A stretch of DNA of 64,000 bases from an uncultured Armatimonadetes bacterium (GCA_963717145.1 OY970325.1:1248001-1312000), one strand, 5' to 3'. Shown: positions 1 to 10,121, numbered from the stretch's first letter. Numbers and translations are program-made. Notes: generated by a model not told the origin, from the letters alone.

Positions 1-573
1 GGTCAGGAATGCCGCTCCGAGTGCCAGGGATGTCAATAGCCACGGGAGCATACTCCCGGTCCTCCACGATCGGAAGGCGGATGCCATCGCGATCGTCACC
101 AGCAGGGTCGCCTGGTTGTCACCGTAGACTCGGTCGGCATCCCGAACGGCGGCCGGCACGAAGGCCATCAGGAACGCCGCTGTCAAGGCTATCCATCGGT
201 TTCCGAGGGCCTCCCTCACCATCCAGTAGGTTGTGACAATCATGAGCGATGACACGACCACGTTGAGGTGCTGGCCCACGATGATGAGCGGTTTGCCGGT
301 AATCAGGAATGCCAACGCCAGGACCATCGGTACTCCGCCGGGATGCAGCGTGTCCATCGCGTGGACTGTCGTGTGGAGTTGACCCGTCCAGATGTGATAG
401 ATGTCGCGGGCGATGACGGTGTAGAAGAACTCGTCGCTGCTGATGTGATGGATCCGGTGGCTGGCGATGGCGCGTACGATGAGTGCGATGCAGAACAGGA
501 TCAAGACGTCCGCCCACGCCCAGATCCGATCACGCGATCCACAAGCTTCCGTCTGACTATCGATGGATTCCAT
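1..573 (-). CDS. GT-C (ArnT/PMT-like) membrane glycosyltransferase, N-terminal part; runs off the window edge
   Basis: Manual translation from ATG 573 (MESIDSQTEA...LILFCIALIVRAIA...SSDEFFYTVIAR...) is open to position 1. It has a first TM helix, a DE..Y loop and further TM helices. Not in the ORF track because it has no stop. Confidence 0.75.
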   Translation of the reverse strand, partial: MESIDSQTEACGSRDRIWAWADVLILFCIALIVRAIASHRIHHISSDEFFYTVIARDIYHIWTGQLHTTVHAMDTLHPGGVPMVLALAFLITGKPLIIVGQHLNVVVSSLMIVTTYWMVREALGNRWIALTAAFLMAFVPAAVRDADRVYGDNQATLLVTIAMASAFRSWRTGSMLPWLLTSLALGAAFLT

Positions 574-588
574 GGCCTGCTTTTCCCA

Positions 589-655
589 TGTAGTGGCCGT
601 GCCTCTGTGCCGGCCTACGACCGCATATGGCCGGCACAGAGGCACGGCCACTACA
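589..655. repeat. GTAG-ended REP-like palindrome, family A
   Basis: TGTAGTGGCCGTGCCTCTGTGCCGGCC-N13-GGCCGGCACAGAGGCACGGCCACTACA. Related copies at 28805 and 33220. Confidence 0.9.
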
Positions 656-665
656 CTCGAGACTG

Positions 666-1016
666 CTAACGTTTGGCTACCAGGGCTACTCCGAGGCAAA
701 TCAGGAGAACCCCACCCCATCGAGTCAGGCTCACTGCCTCGCCGAAGTAGAACCTGGCGGCAAGCAGGCCGAAGATGTAGCTCAGACTCATGAGAGGATA
801 CGCGAGGCTCAATGGCGCTTTGGAGAGCACGTCGAACCAGAGCAAAGTGGCGACTCCAAAGAGCGCGAACCCGGCCCAGATCTGCCACGATCCGACCAGG
901 CCCAGAATCCCGCCTCGCGTGAGGCTGAAGCCCTCCTGTTGGAGGCCGATCTTCCAGCATACCTGGCCAACGCTCAGCATCAGCGTACACAGTATTACAG
1001 TGAGCGCGAACCTCAA
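666..1016 (-). CDS. Small EamA/SMR-like membrane protein (ArnE/ArnF-type lipid-sugar flippase)
   Basis: 116 aa, 4 TM, motif LSKAPLSLAYPLMSLSY...FGEAVS..RWGG. Sits between GT2 and GT-C genes. Confidence 0.8.
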   Translation of the reverse strand: MRFALTVILCTLMLSVGQVCWKIGLQQEGFSLTRGGILGLVGSWQIWAGFALFGVATLLWFDVLSKAPLSLAYPLMSLSYIFGLLAARFYFGEAVSLTRWGGVLLICLGVALVAKR

Positions 1017-1378
1017 GGGCTCTCCCCCTTATGCCGCGAATCCTCCTCCAACTGCCTGCGAAGAAGCCCGATCTCCTGAGTCAGCCGCCAGTTCTGCGCC
1101 GTCAGCTTCGAGAGGACAACTGTGAAGTGGATCGCGAGCACCATCCCGAGCAGCAGCGCGATCACGAAGAGGGCATACGCCGGATGCGCTATCCCGAGCA
1201 CCCGTGCAAGCCAAGTGACGACATTGCTGAACAGGGAGACGAGCAGGATCAGCAGGGCGGATCCGAGCCAAAGCAGTGCATACTCCTCGCGCAGCCTGCG
1301 CCGCCTCACGAGGTCGACGATCACAACCATCACTATGAGGCTGGCTATGGCCGCTATGAGACGCTGCGAGATGGTCAA
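1013..1378 (-). CDS. DUF2304-family membrane protein
   Basis: VRRRRLREEYALLW...KLTAQNWRLTQEIGLL pattern; directly downstream of a GT2 gene. Confidence 0.8.
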   Translation of the reverse strand: MTISQRLIAAIASLIVMVVIVDLVRRRRLREEYALLWLGSALLILLVSLFSNVVTWLARVLGIAHPAYALFVIALLLGMVLAIHFTVVLSKLTAQNWRLTQEIGLLRRQLEEDSRHKGESP

Positions 1379-1379
1379 C

Positions 1380-2288
1380 TCAACTCTCCTCGGGCAGGCA
1401 TTCGGAGCATATAGGCTGGACGAGGACGCTTATGAGTACCGCCATGAGCGAGCGTATGATGAAATACATCCCTCGCAGCGGAGTGAACATAGACTGTCCG
1501 GCTGTCCTTTCACCCATAGATACGGGTACCTCCGTGTATCGGTATCCGTTTCGGGCGAGCAGGATGATCGCCTCTATCTCCGGGTAGTCGCAGGAGCAGT
1601 TGTCGACCATGAACCGCATGGCCCGCCGTCCATACGCCCGAAAACCGGAGGTGTTGTCCGTGACCCGCTGGTGGATAGCCATGGAACTGAGCGTGCGCAG
1701 CATCCACATGATCGCGCCGCGGACGAAGGATACCTTGTAGCCGCTGTTCTCGATGAACCGGGACCCGAGGACCATGTCGGCTTCGCCCCGGAGTATCGGC
1801 TCCACCAGCGCGCCGATCTGATCGGGACGATGCTGGCCGTCCGCATCATACTGGAACACGGCGTCATATCCGTGACTGAGCGCATATCGGACGCCGGTCT
1901 GGACCGCCCCGCCGATTCCGAGGTTGACCGGGAGTGATATCGTGGGGAAGCCCATCGATCGGGCGATCTCGGCCGTCCGGTCCGTCGAGCCGTCGTCAAC
2001 GATCACGGCATCGGCATCCGGCCTGACAGACGCGAGTTCGGCGAGTGTCGTCGGCAAGCTCTCCTGCTCATTGCGGGCAGGGATGACGGCGATAATGCGT
2101 CGACCGGCTACAGGTTTGGTATCTTCGAGAGGATCTGTCCATGAATATGCGTCCAGTGAAAACCGAAGCCAATATAGCAGCCTCCGAGGTCCTGTGTCAA
2201 CCTGATTGCCTGGTTGGAGAGCTTCCAGCTTCCGGCGTATCAACCAACTGACACATATCATTCCTCTTCGATGAACATCGACCCGCAA
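1380..2288 (-). CDS. GT2 glycosyltransferase (DPM1/polyprenol-phosphate type); true start probably downstream of the ORF start
   Basis: IPARNE, VDDGSTD, NLGIGGAVQTG, DADGQH and DNTSGFRAY motifs. Confidence 0.88.
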   Translation of the reverse strand: MRVDVHRRGMICVSWLIRRKLEALQPGNQVDTGPRRLLYWLRFSLDAYSWTDPLEDTKPVAGRRIIAVIPARNEQESLPTTLAELASVRPDADAVIVDDGSTDRTAEIARSMGFPTISLPVNLGIGGAVQTGVRYALSHGYDAVFQYDADGQHRPDQIGALVEPILRGEADMVLGSRFIENSGYKVSFVRGAIMWMLRTLSSMAIHQRVTDNTSGFRAYGRRAMRFMVDNCSCDYPEIEAIILLARNGYRYTEVPVSMGERTAGQSMFTPLRGMYFIIRSLMAVLISVLVQPICSECLPEES

Positions 2289-2312
2289 ACCGACTTATTT
2301 TCGAACAAAGTA

Positions 2313-2341
2313 TTGACAGAACGCGGACAACCTGGTAAAAT
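2313..2341 (+). promoter_or_regulatory. sigma70-type promoter of the LuxR gene
   Basis: TTGACA-17 nt-TAAAAT. Confidence 0.7.
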
Positions 2342-2425
2342 TACCAGTGTGGAGTCATCCACACAACGCACTACCTGATCGTCGGTCGGGTCCCGATTCG
2401 CAACCCGCGGAAAGGAGTGCCAGAC

Positions 2426-2674
2426 ATGACCACAATGATGTCCACCATTGAACTCGAGGTATCGCACACAAGCCTCACGCGACGGGAGGTCCAGGTTCTC
2501 ACCTTGATCATCGAAGGCAGATCGAGCAAGGAAGTTGCGGCATTTCTGTACCTCAGCAAAAGGACTGTCGATTTCCACCTTGCGAGGATCTACGAGAAGC
2601 TGAACGTCACCAACCGCGTACAGGCGATCCGGCGAGCCGCTGCATTGGGCTTCGTCCACGGGGAACTCGTATAG
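2426..2674 (+). CDS. Stand-alone LuxR/GerE-family HTH regulator
   Basis: LTRREVQVL...GRSSKEVA..LYLSKRTVDFHLARIYEKLNVTNR; AAGGAG upstream. Confidence 0.88.
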   Translation: MTTMMSTIELEVSHTSLTRREVQVLTLIIEGRSSKEVAAFLYLSKRTVDFHLARIYEKLNVTNRVQAIRRAAALGFVHGELV

Positions 2675-2702
2675 CAGTTCTCTGAGCGCCGACCGGTGGG
2701 GT

Positions 2703-4283
2703 TCACTGCTTCTGCACCACCTTCACGTGTCCATCGACATAGAGCACCACTTGCCAGCCATAGCCGGCGTCGAGCGTCGCCAGCATGGTGTCACTCGTTG
2801 ATTCGATCTGACTGATGGGCGGCTGTGGGAAATACTGGACGATGTACTGGTCGGTTCCCGGGCGCAGGAAGGCATCAGCACTCGGCAGATAGGGCTCGAT
2901 GTCTTTCCGAAAGCTCTCAGCAGGTGGGAAGCGGTCATTCTGATCCGCTGTGTAACTCAGGATTGACTTAGCCAACTGCGAGGCATTCCGGACGATCATA
3001 TCCTTCTCTTCCTCCTCAGTGAGAGGAAGACCTGCTTCCAGCTTTCCATCGGCGTCCAGTTCCGTCCAGGTCAATTCCGCCACGCATGCGCGGCCTCTCG
3101 ATATGTACGCGAGCTTGGAGCAGTCCGTTGACCAGGTCGGGATAGGATTCGAATACCCGAGTTCGGCGTCGAGCGCGATGCACATATGGTTGCGCTTGGC
3201 GCCCGCGACATATACCAGCCATAGCGTGGTGATCGGCTCGTATGCCGTGCCGTTCTCACCCTCGATGGTCTGAAGTCGATAGTACATCAGCATCCGGCTA
3301 TCCGGCGACCAACCGAGGCCGAGGACATCAGTCGATTTGACCACAGCTATCTGTTTCCTCGTCGAGCGGTCCTCAATCCGGATGCCGGTACCGTCTTGGT
3401 TGAGTAGTTGGTAAACACCATTCGGCGACGTCCTGTTCGGGTCGGCATATTCGCCGACGGTGCGCACCGACTTACCATCGAGCGATGCCTCCATGAACTG
3501 CCACACTTGCGTTTTCACACGGCGTTCGGCGAACGACACGGCCTTGCCGTCGCTCCCCCAACCCACAGGGACCATTGGATCCTTGCCGGTGCGCACGGTC
3601 TGCGCCGATCCGCTGGCCAGATCGAGAACGCACAGCCGATAGGAGAGCCAGCCCTTCCCATCCTCGCCTTCCTGGCTACTGATGAGAGTACAGGCGATCT
3701 TCTTCGAATCCGTACTCCAGACGAGCGGGCTGTCGAGTTCGCCCAATCCCGAGAGGGAGAACACCATCTGCCGGTTGCCGGACGCACTCATAACGGCGAT
3801 ACATGTCTGTTGCGACGACTGCTCGAGGCTTTGGCCATCACTAGATCGCTTGTAGGTCGTGTGCATCGCAGGAAGAGCGATCAGTCTGCTGTTCGGAGAC
3901 CATACGAGGGAGGTTTCGATCCCCAGATCCTGCATCATAGGCACCAACTCATCGGCCTCAGCAGGCAACTGGCCGCCCCTCACGTCGAGGCCAGTCGTGA
4001 GCGGAACTGGCCGTCCACCTGATCTCGGCATGATCACAAGTCGGGATGCAGGTTCGGGGGCATCACCCTCGGCATCTGCGTCAAACTGGCATAGGAGGCT
4101 CGCACCGTTCGGGGAGATCCAGGCTCCGGACACTTGCCCATCAGCTCGATAGGTGATCTGACGGTTCTCCACCAACTCCAGAAACCTCTCGCCGACCACC
4201 ATCCTGTGCAGATCGTCATCGGCTCGGGCGCAGTAAGTAAGCAGCAAGATAACGGCAAACAGAAACATGCTCCGACTCATCAA
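2703..4283 (-). CDS. Secreted TolB/PD40-like beta-propeller protein with C-terminal DGH(V)K-motif domain
   Basis: Signal peptide; repeated WSP(N/D)S / WSTDS motifs; C-terminus VLYVDGHVKVV. Confidence 0.7.
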   Translation of the reverse strand: MMSRSMFLFAVILLLTYCARADDDLHRMVVGERFLELVENRQITYRADGQVSGAWISPNGASLLCQFDADAEGDAPEPASRLVIMPRSGGRPVPLTTGLDVRGGQLPAEADELVPMMQDLGIETSLVWSPNSRLIALPAMHTTYKRSSDGQSLEQSSQQTCIAVMSASGNRQMVFSLSGLGELDSPLVWSTDSKKIACTLISSQEGEDGKGWLSYRLCVLDLASGSAQTVRTGKDPMVPVGWGSDGKAVSFAERRVKTQVWQFMEASLDGKSVRTVGEYADPNRTSPNGVYQLLNQDGTGIRIEDRSTRKQIAVVKSTDVLGLGWSPDSRMLMYYRLQTIEGENGTAYEPITTLWLVYVAGAKRNHMCIALDAELGYSNPIPTWSTDCSKLAYISRGRACVAELTWTELDADGKLEAGLPLTEEEEKDMIVRNASQLAKSILSYTADQNDRFPPAESFRKDIEPYLPSADAFLRPGTDQYIVQYFPQPPISQIESTSDTMLATLDAGYGWQVVLYVDGHVKVVQKQ

Positions 4284-4426
4284 GCGACCTCCTCCGTGCT
4301 ATGGATGGTACATCATGTTCGACACGCGAAACCCGGCAATAGTTCCGGTCTCAGACAGCAGAAGAGCGCAGGCCGATCATTCGACTCGCGCTCTCACCGT
4401 CAACATATTGTGCAAGCGACCTCGTG

Positions 4427-5620
4427 TCACGCCGTCGGATCGGCGTACGGAATGACCTCGGCGCCGTTCTCGGGTGTGCAGACGTAAACCATCGGATCGA
4501 CCCCTATCCGCGCCTTGTATTCCTCCGGAACACGCTTCAGAAATTCCTTTACAGCATCGTCCGCCACCAGGCTGACCGTACAGCCGCCGAATCCCGCGCC
4601 GGTCATTCGAGAGCCATACACGCCCGGGATCTTCCTCGCCGCGTCCACCATGGCGTCCAGTTCGCGGCAACTCACTTCGTAGTTCTCCCGAAGCGACTCG
4701 TGCGACTGGTTCATCAGATGCCCGAAGGATTCTATCTTTCCCGCTCGAAGACATTCGACGCTCTTCAGGACTCGCTCATCCTCGAAAACGACGTGCTCCG
4801 CGCGTCGGCGAACCGTGGGCGGTAGGAACGTTCTGTACTTCCGGAAATCGGAGATGGTAATGTCTCGGAGAGCAGTCGCTTTCGGCAGGTAAGTCTTGAG
4901 TATCGATACCGCCTCCTCACACTGGGAGCGCCTCAGGTTGTACTCGGAATCGACCAGCCCACGCTTCTTCATGGTATCCGCAACAATGACCTTGACGCCC
5001 TCAGCGGGCAGGGGTACTACCTCATGATCGAGCGTTCGGCAGTCGATAAACAGCGCGTGGTCCTTCTGACCGAGGCAGGAGATGAACTGATCCATGATGC
5101 CGCAGTTCACGCCGACGAACTGATTCTCGGCCGCCTGACAGAGAAGCGCCATCTCCGTGCCCTCCATCTCGAACTCGTTCAGCCTCTTGAATACCATGGC
5201 TGAGGCGACTTCGAGCGCGGCGGACGAACTGAGTCCCGAGCCGAGGGGAACGTCACCCTGGATCGCCATGTTCGCGCCGAGGAGCCTCGTGCGACGCTTG
5301 TGCAACATCACCGCGACACCACGCAGGTAGTTGCTCCACTCGTTCTGAGGATCCTTGCGGATCGGCCGATCGAGGTGGAACGACGACACACGGTCGAAAT
5401 TCACGGAGTACAGCGAGACATTCAAGTCGGTCGTCGCCGATGCGGCTATGAGCACGTCCCGGTCTATGGCGATCGGGAGGACATAGCCGTCGTTGTAGTC
5501 GGTATGCTCGCCGATGAGGTTTACTCGTCCGGGCGCGCGAACGATGATCTGCGGCGGAGCCCCGTGCACTTCACCGAACTTGTCCACTAACTCAGCAATG
5601 CGATTTTCGAGATCTGCCAT
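4427..5620 (-). CDS. galK: Galactokinase
   Basis: APGRVNLIGEHTDYNDGYVLP, PLGSGLSSSAA, CGIMDQF and SRMTGAGFGGC motifs. Confidence 0.97.
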   Translation of the reverse strand: MADLENRIAELVDKFGEVHGAPPQIIVRAPGRVNLIGEHTDYNDGYVLPIAIDRDVLIAASATTDLNVSLYSVNFDRVSSFHLDRPIRKDPQNEWSNYLRGVAVMLHKRRTRLLGANMAIQGDVPLGSGLSSSAALEVASAMVFKRLNEFEMEGTEMALLCQAAENQFVGVNCGIMDQFISCLGQKDHALFIDCRTLDHEVVPLPAEGVKVIVADTMKKRGLVDSEYNLRRSQCEEAVSILKTYLPKATALRDITISDFRKYRTFLPPTVRRRAEHVVFEDERVLKSVECLRAGKIESFGHLMNQSHESLRENYEVSCRELDAMVDAARKIPGVYGSRMTGAGFGGCTVSLVADDAVKEFLKRVPEEYKARIGVDPMVYVCTPENGAEVIPYADPTA

Positions 5621-5780
5621 GGCTATTCAGTTCTCCTCTGCCAAAAGCGTTGGAAGCCCTAGCGGAACCAACCCACATTGTTGTTAGATACTCAGTTAGG
5701 GATTTCCTTGTGTGAAATGCGCATGGGCATAACAAAACTTGCAGAAAGGCGCAAATATCGATCGTCGGCTGCCGATCGAT

Positions 5781-6758
5781 CTACGTCAGAGGCTCGGTGG
5801 CTCGAAGCTCGGCCGCCTTTTCCTCGGCAAGCGTGTCGTTGATGAACGCACCCGCGCCGGCCTCGGATCCTGCGAGGAACTTCAGCTTGTCCTTGGTCCT
5901 GTACGGAGGGTAGAACTCGATGTGGAAGTGGTAATGGTCGAAGTCGCCCGTCGTAGTCGGCTTCTGGTGCACGACCATCATGAACGGGAGGCTGAAGCCC
6001 CAGAGGTTGTCATATTTGAGGAGGACGGTCTTCAGCATCCGGGCCAGATCCGTCTTCTCGCCGTCCGAAAACTCGGGCAGCGAGCATCTGTGCTCGTGCG
6101 ACGCGATGTGCACCTCATACGGGTAGCGAGCATAGAAGGGCACGAACGCCATAAAGCCATCGTTCTGCGCCACAATCCGGCGGCCGTCGGACTTCTCCTC
6201 GCCCAGGATATCGCAGACGAGACATCGGCCCGTCCCGGCCATGTGAGCGGCCGATGCGGTGATCTCCTGCTGCACGACCGGCGGGATAAATGGATAGGCG
6301 TAGATCTGCCCGTGCGGGTGGTCGAGGGTGACGCCGATCTCCTTGCCCTTGTTCTCGAAGATGAACACGTAGTCCACGAAGTCCAGCGCCCCGAGATCAT
6401 TGTACCGGTCGGTCCAGACGTGGATCAGGTTGTCGATCTCTTCGACGCTGTGATCGGTCAGGCTGCCCGAGTGTTTCGAGGAGTAGAGGATCACCTCGCA
6501 AACGCCCTCCGCCGGGCGGACCTTGTAGAGTCCGGTCCCCTCGACAGCAGGCTTGGGAGCCTTGCGCCTCAGCGAGGGAAACTTGTTGTCGAATGCGACG
6601 ATCTCGTAGTCCTCGGCGGGGACTTCCGTGGGGAATCCGCCCTCTTTCGTGGGGCACAGCGGGCAGTAATCATCCGGAGGGAAGAAGGTCCTCTCCTGGC
6701 GATGCGTTGCGGTTATGACCCATTGCTGCAAAAGCGGATTCCAGCGTAGTTCGGACAA
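5781..6758 (-). CDS. galT: Galactose-1-phosphate uridylyltransferase
   Basis: ELRWNPL, CPLCP and FENKG.EIGVTLDHPHGQIYA (HPH active site). Confidence 0.96.
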   Translation of the reverse strand: MSELRWNPLLQQWVITATHRQERTFFPPDDYCPLCPTKEGGFPTEVPAEDYEIVAFDNKFPSLRRKAPKPAVEGTGLYKVRPAEGVCEVILYSSKHSGSLTDHSVEEIDNLIHVWTDRYNDLGALDFVDYVFIFENKGKEIGVTLDHPHGQIYAYPFIPPVVQQEITASAAHMAGTGRCLVCDILGEEKSDGRRIVAQNDGFMAFVPFYARYPYEVHIASHEHRCSLPEFSDGEKTDLARMLKTVLLKYDNLWGFSLPFMMVVHQKPTTTGDFDHYHFHIEFYPPYRTKDKLKFLAGSEAGAGAFINDTLAEEKAAELRATEPLT

Positions 6759-6783
6759 GGCGGATTCCTTTCGTGGACCGAGG

Positions 6784-6840
6784 GAGACTCTAGAGCCTGG
6801 ACTTCAGACCTGAGACTGTGGACTTCGGATCTTGTACTTT
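6784..6840. repeat. Degenerate 7-nt tandem repeat (GGACTTC-like), about 8 units
   Basis: gagactc tagagcc tggactt cagacct gagactg tggactt cggatct tgtactt. Confidence 0.5.
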
Positions 6841-6905
6841 CGGCTGCTTGTTGAACCAGTAGTATGTCAGCAGGCGCTTGTCTTCCTTGGTGATAGTCTG
6901 CTTCG

Positions 6906-7896
6906 TCAGGCGCACGATTCCAACTCCTCCAGAACTAGTGTCACTCCGCCCAGGATGCCGGCGTCGTCACGGAGTTTGGACGGCACAACCTGGCAGACTT
7001 CGAGCGCCTCCGCGAGTGCGTTCGCTTTCACCGTCCGCATGATCGGGTCCCAAAGGACGAAACCGGCGCGGGCGATTCCGCCGCCGATTACGACCATCTC
7101 GGGGTTCAGCAGGTTGATCGCGTTGGCGACCCCTATCCCGATGTAATAGCCGGTCTCCTGCAGCACTTCCAGCGACAGATCATCGCCCTCGAAAGCCGCC
7201 TCCGCGATGATCGCCGGGGTCAGGGCATCAGGATTACCCTCCACTCTGTGGACGAGCTGACGTCTTTCGGCCCATCTGGATCTTGCGACGAGCGCGCTCT
7301 ATGATGCCTCCCTGGTTGGCTTCGGATTCGAGGTCACCATAGCGGCCACATCCACAGAGCCGGCCGTTCGGGTTGATGATCTGGTGGCCGATCTCCCCGG
7401 CACCTTCGTTCGCGCCCTTCCAGAGCTTGCCGTCGAGGATGATACCGCCGCCGATGCCGGTGCCGAGCGTCAGCATCACCATGCTGTTGACGCCGCTGCC
7501 CGCGCCGAACCGGAACTCCCCGAGCGCCGCGACATTGACGTCATTGCCCATGAAGACCGGTACGCCGAATGCGTCCCGGAACGGCTGGAGCAACTGCAGG
7601 CCGACCCAGTCCCGGAAGTTCGGCGACCAGAGGACGATGCCCTCACGTGATCTGTGACGACCGGGGACACCCATACCGATCCCACACAGATCCGACGCCT
7701 CCACCTTTGCGCCGTCCATCGCCTCGCGGATCGCGTCGATGATCTGCGGGATGCTCTCGTCAGGGCCGTCCATCGCCTTGGTGGGACGGTGACCCTCGCC
7801 GAGGATTCGGCCGTCCTTCTCGACGACGGAAGCCCGTGTGTTCGTTCCTCCGATGTCGACGCCGATTATGTATCGCTTCTGGGAATTCAGTTCCAA
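6906..7896 (-). CDS. ROK-family glucokinase, split by a frameshift near 7260 (probably a sequencing error)
   Basis: GVDIGGT, NDVNVAALGE, GTGIGGG and GEIGH...CGCGRYGDLE in ORF 7234..7929; NPEMVVIGGG...AGILG in ORF 6906..7244. TTG start at 7896 follows GAGGTG. Confidence 0.88.
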
Positions 7897-7928
7897 GTCC
7901 GCACCTCGACCGATCGATTCCAGGCACA

Positions 7929-7958
7929 AGTATACTTAGCCGTCTTCAGCATTGTCAA
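7929..7958 (-). promoter_or_regulatory. sigma70-type promoter of the ROK kinase/galT/galK genes
   Basis: TTGACA-18 nt-TATACT on the minus strand. Confidence 0.55.
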
Positions 7959-8851
7959 CTTGCCTTAGAGGGCTTCTTGTCGCCCTTCGTTGCCATCATG
8001 CCGCCCAGCGTGATCAGAAACACGCCGAAGGCGGCTCGAAGGATATCGCTCGGAAGACGCATGGCAAGCTCCGCGCCGATCAGTCCTCCGGACACCCCTC
8101 CGACCACAAGCCAAACCCCAACGTCCTTGCGCACATTGCCTTGACTCGCATGGATCATCGCTCCTGAGATGGAGACAGGTATGATGACGGCCAGGGAGAT
8201 TCCCTGAGCCAACTTCTGCGACAAGCCCATCAGGTAAACCATCGCCGGGATCATGATGATCCCCCCGCCGACTCCCATGAGGCCACTAAGTATCCCGGTG
8301 AAGACACCCACCCCGATCACCGCCAGCGCGCCGAGCCCGTGCGCTGAGATCAGATTCGTGTGGCCGTTGACAGGAGCCCCTCCGACCATAGCCGCGATCA
8401 CATCCCAGACCATCTTGCCGGCAATAAGCATCAGGAAGATGCCGAAGTAGCGGCGCAGATGCTTTCCGCTGATCTTGTTACATATCCTGGCCCCGATCAT
8501 AGCGCCGAAGACGCCGCCGACAGCCAACTCTACAGCGATGAGCCAGTCCATCTGACCATTGGCGGCGTACTTGACAGCGCCGAGCAGGACTATGAAGGTG
8601 ATAGCGGCAAGCGACGTGCCGTGCGCCTGATGCTGGCTGAGCCCGATGAGGTACACCATCGCCGGCACCATGATGAAGCCGCCGCCGACTCCAAGGAGTC
8701 CGCTCAATGTTCCAGCGCCGAGCCCTATGAGGACGATCGAGACCGCTCTCAGCCTCCGGATGGTCTGCTGCCTGCGTTCGGATTCCAGTGTCGTGCCGCC
8801 TTTCCGGTGTTGTCTCCACCCATTATAAAGGCTCGACCGGTTGCGAGGCAA
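7955..8851 (-). CDS. TauE/SafE (sulfite exporter-like) membrane protein; start may be CTG at 8788
   Basis: Two repeats of SGL(L/M)GVGGG.IM.PAMVYL.GLSQ..A.G.SLA. Confidence 0.9.
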   Translation of the reverse strand: MPRNRSSLYNGWRQHRKGGTTLESERRQQTIRRLRAVSIVLIGLGAGTLSGLLGVGGGFIMVPAMVYLIGLSQHQAHGTSLAAITFIVLLGAVKYAANGQMDWLIAVELAVGGVFGAMIGARICNKISGKHLRRYFGIFLMLIAGKMVWDVIAAMVGGAPVNGHTNLISAHGLGALAVIGVGVFTGILSGLMGVGGGIIMIPAMVYLMGLSQKLAQGISLAVIIPVSISGAMIHASQGNVRKDVGVWLVVGGVSGGLIGAELAMRLPSDILRAAFGVFLITLGGMMATKGDKKPSKAS

Positions 8852-8892
8852 GAGAAACAGCCGGCCAATCTCCGCAGCAGGAGCTTTCCGGA

Positions 8893-8993
8893 ACCCTCAC
8901 CCCCGACCCCTCTCCCTCAGAAGGGCGAGGGGAGCACAATGCGGCGGACCACTCCCCTCGCCCTTCTGAGGGAGAGGGGTCGGGGGTGAGGGT
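8893..8993. repeat. Long palindrome (CCCTCACCCC...CCCTCTCCC type), 42-bp perfect arms
   Basis: 8893-8934 is the exact reverse complement of 8952-8993. Confidence 0.9.
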
Positions 8994-9008
8994 CTCCGGG
9001 GAACTTCT

Positions 9009-10121
9009 CTACGAACCAAGGGATGCCAGGAGTTCCTCATTGCTCGAGGAGTTCCCGACGAGCCTGAGGAGAGCCTTCATGGCATCGACCGGAGGGATGT
9101 CGTAGAGGATCCGACGGAGCTTGTGGCGCTGTTCCAGGCGGTCGCCGAGGATCAACTCTTCGTTTCGCGTGCCCGATGGCTTGATGTCGATCGCCGGGTA
9201 GATCCGCGACTCGGCGATCTCCCTGCGGAGGACGATCTCGCAGTTGCCCGTGCCCTTGAAGTCCTCGTAGATGAAGTCGTCCATCCGCGAGTTGGTCTCG
9301 ACGAGCGCTGTTGCGATAATAGTGATCGATCCGGCTTCCTCGGATTGCCGAGCGGCGCCGAAGATGCGCCTCGGCCACTCGAGCGCTCGGGAGTCCACAC
9401 CGCCGGAGAGCGTCCGTCCGCCGCCGGTCTGCATCAGGTTCGAGGATCGCCCCAGACGCGTAAGCGAATCGAGCAGGAGCATCACATCCGCTCCCGCCTC
9501 GGCCCAGCGCTTGGCATAATCGAGCGCCAGTTTCGCCAGCCGGACGTGGTCTTCGACATCCTGATCGCTCGAACTGGCGAAAACCTGCCCCTTCACCGCG
9601 CGGACCATCTCCGTGACCTCCTCAGGCCGCTCGTCGAGAAGCAGGACGACGAGTTGCATCTCCGGATGGTTTGTCGAGACGGCTTCCGCCATCTGCGTGA
9701 TCAGGCGGGTCTTTCCCGCTCGTGGAGGCGAAACTATGAGCGCCCTCTGCCCCTTGCCGATGGGGGCGATGAGGTCGATGATCCGCATCGAGGGGTTGCC
9801 CGCACCGGGTTCGAGGACAACCTGCTCGTGCGGGTGGATCGGCGTCAGGGAATCGAAGTCCCCCACCCGCTTCCAATCGTCGACCGATAGGCCGTTGACC
9901 GTCCGGATGGAGGTGAGATGCAGTCCCTTATCTCCCGGCTCGCATACCCCCTCGACGACTGCCCCGTTTCGGAGGCGATTGGTGAGGCTGACCGACGGTA
10001 GGATGAACGCATCGTCCCGGCTCGGCTTCATCTCAGTGGAAAACGCGCGGAGGAATCCCGTCCGCCCGTCCGCCGTATCGAACACCCCTTTACATTCCGC
10101 CAAATTCGGACTCCTACTCAT
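9009..10121 (-). CDS. rho: Transcription termination factor Rho (short form)
   Basis: IDLIAPIGKGQRALIVSPPRAGKT, LLDERPEEVT, LDSLTRL, SGGVD, FKGTGNCEI and YPAIDI.PSGTRNEEL. Confidence 0.93.
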   Translation of the reverse strand: MSRSPNLAECKGVFDTADGRTGFLRAFSTEMKPSRDDAFILPSVSLTNRLRNGAVVEGVCEPGDKGLHLTSIRTVNGLSVDDWKRVGDFDSLTPIHPHEQVVLEPGAGNPSMRIIDLIAPIGKGQRALIVSPPRAGKTRLITQMAEAVSTNHPEMQLVVLLLDERPEEVTEMVRAVKGQVFASSSDQDVEDHVRLAKLALDYAKRWAEAGADVMLLLDSLTRLGRSSNLMQTGGGRTLSGGVDSRALEWPRRIFGAARQSEEAGSITIIATALVETNSRMDDFIYEDFKGTGNCEIVLRREIAESRIYPAIDIKPSGTRNEELILGDRLEQRHKLRRILYDIPPVDAMKALLRLVGNSSSNEELLASLGS

